From Carpediemonas membranifera BICM (Eukaryota; Protista; Fornicata): a stretch of DNA of 64,000 nt. Position numbers and translations under genes: made by a program. Numbering within the stretch: the stretch's first letter is position 1; each line of letters starts with the position of its first letter. Shown here piece by piece: positions 59,984-64,000 of this stretch. The stretch spans positions 1,064,452-1,128,451 of the forward strand of contig JAHDYR010000038.1 in NCBI GenBank assembly GCA_019828565.1, in the 5' to 3' direction. The notes beneath the pieces are model-generated. The model searched no databases. It was not told the origin of the DNA and saw only the letters and a list, made by a program, of their open reading frames with translations.

Positions 59984-62200
59984 ATGCCGAGAAGCCTGCT
60001 AAAGGATGGCAAGATCACCACCGACAAAGAAGCTATCAGTGAAATCCTCCTCGAGCAATACGCAAAGGTAAGTAAGGGAGATGAGCCGGAATGGAAACTG
60101 TGGCGGAGCAGAGCTGGGAAGGAGTTTAAGACAGAAGAGATCAGAGAGGCTATCAGACGCATCAAAGCAGACACAGCAACAGGGCCGGACAACACATCAG
60201 GAGATATGGTTAGGAGCCTGGACAGCTACGGGTACGAACAGCTAACAAAGTTCTTTAACCGAATCTACGAGGAGGGAAGAATACCGGAAGTGTGGAAGTA
60301 TGCAACGGTATCTGCTATCCACAAGACTGGGAAACCCAGAGTCAAGGCGGAATCGTATAGGCCTATCTCGCTAACACCAATCCTGTACAGAGTCTACGGC
60401 AGACTACTGAAGAAAAGGCTAGAGGATGCCGCATGGAAATTCATACCCAGAGAGCAGGCGGGGTTCCAAGCTAACAAAGATGTGATCCAACAAATCCAAT
60501 ACATAGTACAGCGCCATCAAGAAGGAGGGGAAACCACGTCAGTATTCTTGGACATCGAGAAGGCCTATGATACAGTCCCAAGGGACATCTTGATGGACAA
60601 GCTATACGGGATGGGTGTGAAGGAGCACCTGGTCAGAGCTATCCAGAGCACGCTAACAGAAACGTGGATCTCCGTCAGGGGGGCAAGATCATGGAAGAAG
60701 ACGAACAGAGGAGTGAAGCAAGGGTGTGTACTCGCCCCCACTCTCTTTATCATATTCATGGCTAACTGTCCCCACCTGGCAAGGAAGATTCATGAGCAGC
60801 AGGACTACGATATCAGAGAGCCACCGCTACCAGTAACAGGAAGGGACCCGCTACCAGCAGCCCTAACCATGTTTGTCGATGACACCGCTATCACAGGAAC
60901 CACCCCAGAGCAGTGCCAGACGGTCTCGAGAATCATGATGAGCATCATCGAGGAGCACAAGATGAGAGCGAATGCGATGAAGAATGTAATGATCAGCGTA
61001 TCGTGGGCAGCAAGGGTGAACTTAGGAGGAGTCGGCCTCACCCCGGCGAAGGAAGCTCGGTATCTAGGACTGTGGCTATCCAGTGGACCAGACCCGCTAG
61101 CAGCATGCATCCAAAAGAAGAGGGAACAGAGCATCAGGTACCAAAGGCTGTGCAGGTGGGCTGGATGGACGAGAAGGGACATGCCGGCAATGGCTAGCAG
61201 ACTACTCCTTGAAATTTATATATGGCCGAGAATCATGTTTGGGGTTGAAGTGTGGGGAAGCCAACCAGGAGGTACGAGAATCTGGAATGAGTGGCAAGGA
61301 ATCATGGCCGGTACAGGAACAGGAGGCGGATCGGCGGTGAGAATACTGAACGGATGGGTCGACCTGCGAGCCCATCTCGAACTGCTAGCAGTGAAGAGGG
61401 TGGCAGCTTTCAGAGACCTGGATATACCAGTCAAGGACAGGAGTTGGAATGAGGGGACAATCATGGGAGAGAGCAGAGAGAGGGCTAACAGAGTGCTCCA
61501 CAAGGTAAGGGGCGACGCTACCACAAAGGCCAGGGTAAGCTATGGGAAGGAAAGGATTAGAATGAGCTGGATCAAGAGATGCAAGAGCAAAACAGCCCAG
61601 GGGCTGATGGCGGTCGCGGGGACCCGGAGAATGGCCAGGTGCATGATGGGCAAACCAATCGTCAGAAGGAAACCAATCAAAGGCCAGTCAAGAGCGGATT
61701 GGAAACGAGTGCTATCAGTAGCGGCAAATGTAAGCCCCTCCCCCTCCTCAGCAGGAAAAGGAGAAGGCCCCCAGAGAGTGCTAGCAAACCTGACCATAGA
61801 TGAGGACCTGAAGAGGGAAATTAGCAGAAGGTGCCCACTCTGCTCGGCAACAACGGAGGTCGACCTGTTATGGGAAATCCTGGAAAGGAAACCGGATGAC
61901 GAGGAAGAACAGGAGATGATCAGGAAATGGGTCCAAGAACAAGCCCTGGGGTCGGCCGCCCACATCATAGGCGAATGTCCAAAGGTAGACAGAGGGCCCA
62001 AGTGGAGTAGATGGTGGGAAGCAGCGAAGTCCAAAACAGAATACCTAGCTATCAGATCAGGACCGGATGGAGACTGGTACAACGAAAGGCCGATATTAGA
62101 ACTGCAACAGCTTATCCTCTGGGAGAAGGAAGAGATATGGGAGGGGCTGAAGAAGGGACTCCAGGCCCTAGGAGAGGTGTATAACAGCTACAAGGAGTAA
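59984..62200 (+). CDS. LINE B ORF2, RT and C-terminal CCHC portion
   Basis: YRPISL, DIEKAYD, GVKQG, FVDD, CPLC...HIIGECP. Confidence 0.95.
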   Translation: MPRSLLKDGKITTDKEAISEILLEQYAKVSKGDEPEWKLWRSRAGKEFKTEEIREAIRRIKADTATGPDNTSGDMVRSLDSYGYEQLTKFFNRIYEEGRIPEVWKYATVSAIHKTGKPRVKAESYRPISLTPILYRVYGRLLKKRLEDAAWKFIPREQAGFQANKDVIQQIQYIVQRHQEGGETTSVFLDIEKAYDTVPRDILMDKLYGMGVKEHLVRAIQSTLTETWISVRGARSWKKTNRGVKQGCVLAPTLFIIFMANCPHLARKIHEQQDYDIREPPLPVTGRDPLPAALTMFVDDTAITGTTPEQCQTVSRIMMSIIEEHKMRANAMKNVMISVSWAARVNLGGVGLTPAKEARYLGLWLSSGPDPLAACIQKKREQSIRYQRLCRWAGWTRRDMPAMASRLLLEIYIWPRIMFGVEVWGSQPGGTRIWNEWQGIMAGTGTGGGSAVRILNGWVDLRAHLELLAVKRVAAFRDLDIPVKDRSWNEGTIMGESRERANRVLHKVRGDATTKARVSYGKERIRMSWIKRCKSKTAQGLMAVAGTRRMARCMMGKPIVRRKPIKGQSRADWKRVLSVAANVSPSPSSAGKGEGPQRVLANLTIDEDLKREISRRCPLCSATTEVDLLWEILERKPDDEEEQEMIRKWVQEQALGSAAHIIGECPKVDRGPKWSRWWEAAKSKTEYLAIRSGPDGDWYNERPILELQQLILWEKEEIWEGLKKGLQALGEVYNSYKE

Positions 62201-62525
62201 AGAGACTATCAGACACATGAGCTAGCAGAACAAGGGTACGCTAACAACAATATCAGGAACAAGTATAAAGCACCAAAGCAAACAGAAAATCAGATGTCAG
62301 ACAAATCCACACAGTGGTTGCACCAGTCAAAGGGCACCAAAGGAAGCGGATAGCACTAGTCATGGGTCCGGAGGGCAAAGATAGCCCTGCCGCCCTTGTT
62401 AACGAGAAAGATAACCAGAAATATGTAGCACAAGAGAACTGTTGAAAGGGGGGAAGGACAAACGGGCCTAGCGCCCGGGTGGTTACGCCACCCCCGCCGG
62501 AACCCACGCCGCAGCTGACAGGTAG

Positions 62526-64000
62526 TGTGATCTTGTCGAGGTTAAAGGTTTCAAAACAAACTGTTTATAGGGTTCGCACGTGTAGTTGGTACCCTAAACT
62601 GCTCACACTTCCCCTCTAAAGGTGCAGCTCCGGGTGAGCCTCGGCATAAATGTCGAGGGCTTCGAGGTCGCGGACCTCGTGGTACGGGAGCCACTCATCG
62701 GCGCCTGGGTAGCCATCCCAGGCGACGAGGAATTCGAGGGTAGACTTCGTGGGGCCACCGCGGTGGCGGGTGATGGCCTCGACTTCGTAGGTGTCGTCGT
62801 CAAGAGAGGCGACGGTGATGTCATCGAAGGCCAGGGAGTCGTCGTACTCCACGAGCCGGGAACCGTGATACTGGAAGGTGGCGCCGGCAGTGGGGTTGTG
62901 TACGGTGTAGATGTCGTGCTCGCGGTCAGTGATCGTGTATGGGCCAACGAGCTTAGTAGACAGCTTGGTGGGGCGCTTCGAAGGGCGCGTGACTAGCACC
63001 TTCGAGCCAATAGGAAGGGGCTCGTCGCCGAAAGCCGGACGTTTCGAGAGGACGTTCTCTTGGTGCTGGCGTGCTGTCTCAATGAGCTTGGAGGCTGGGC
63101 CTGGAGAACACGGCTAAAGAAGCGGCCGTATTCACTCTTCTCCCTCCTCAACGTGGGCGTCGGACGACAGGAAGGGGGTGACGTTCTGTGAAGCGAACAT
63201 GAGCTGTGCGGGGGCAATGCCCGTGGTGGCACATATCGTGGTGTTCATGATCCGCTGGACGACTGGGAGGTAAAAGGGACCAGTTGTTAACGTCGCGCAG
63301 CTCCTGGAGTGATGGTACGTAGGTGTCGTGAGAGCTCGGCGTTAGCTCTTTCGACGAGCCCGTTGGCTCTGGGGTGGTATGGAAGAGAGACAACGTGTTG
63401 GGCGCCGAAGAGCTTAATGAGCTGTTGGAAAGCGGTGGCAAGGTACTGAGAACCGCGATCACTTCGGAAAAGAAGACGGAGTACCGTAGCGTCCCGTGAC
63501 GGAGATAAAGAGCGCGAAGGGCCTCTGCAGAAGAAGCATCCTTGCATGGGGACCAGCTCTACGAAGCGTGTGAAGGTGTCAATGAAGGTGATAACGTAGC
63601 GGCATCCGTTGGAGTCTGCAGGATAAGAAGCCCGACCGTATCAAACGCCCAGCAGGAGCGTGGGGTGACGCCCATGGTAGGGCGGAGGCCTGTCTGGAAG
63701 GCGCTTGGGAAGTCTGGCGTTCTTCTGACATATCGGGCAAGCCTTAATATACTCGGCGACAGCGTTGCTCATTCCACGGAAGTCAAGGTTTCGTTCCTTA
63801 AGGAGGGCGGAGTGTAGCCTCTCGGCCGAGGTGTCCCTCGACGGCATTGTGGACAGAGGCTATGATAAGTCGCTGGAGTGTAGGGGCATTCTCGGGGGGT
63901 TGGACGATGAAGCACCTGGATATGCCATCAGTGAGGGTGTTGGAGACGCCAGAGATGTGTTCAACGACAAAGTCGAACTCTTGGAGTCTGAGGTTCCAGC
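62526..64000 (-). mobile_element. 3' part of another chromodomain Gypsy (LTR 62526-62607, chromodomain, integrase fragments)
   Basis: TGTGA...TCACA followed by a PPT; GPY motif, EFLVAWDGY, NGLVERAN, CPIC. Confidence 0.88.

Larger units (their letters stand above)
47631..62525 (+). mobile_element. Non-LTR retrotransposon LINE B, near full length, carrying three LTR insertions
   Basis: DIRS D similarity ends near 47630. ORF2 pieces at 51750-51835, 53949-54609 and 59532-62200 are colinear with LINE A ORF2. The 5' boundary is approximate. Confidence 0.85.

Overview
Eukaryotic (probably protist) sequence made almost entirely of nested transposable elements around one tRNA-Gln gene. I found no ordinary host protein gene. 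The scaffold is a head-to-tail run of DIRS/PAT-type tyrosine-recombinase retrotransposons (~7932-42778, plus another family from ~42900). Inserted into it are two diverged APE-RT non-LTR retrotransposons, four Ty3/Gypsy elements and one non-coding LTR element, the last five all with very short LTRs (~59-93 bp). It also holds three members of a large cargo-carrying DNA transposon family with CATACTG termini, 2-bp TSDs and a CMC/EnSpm-like transposase: a right end at 6615, a 20.9-kb element (15565-36484), and an 11.3-kb element nested inside it (16333-27677). Their cargo looks like a chromatin/ubiquitin toolkit: SET, GNAT, PHD-like, OTU and a caspase/CHAT-like protease. The second LINE encodes a Maelstrom/arenavirus-NP-like nuclease domain upstream of its RT and is strewn with a strand-specific GCTATCAG motif. 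Both LINEs share covarying RNA structures between their ORFs and in their 3' UTRs. Domain calls were made by eye from motifs and need HMM or structure confirmation. Many ORFs are split by frameshifts that may be assembly indels.
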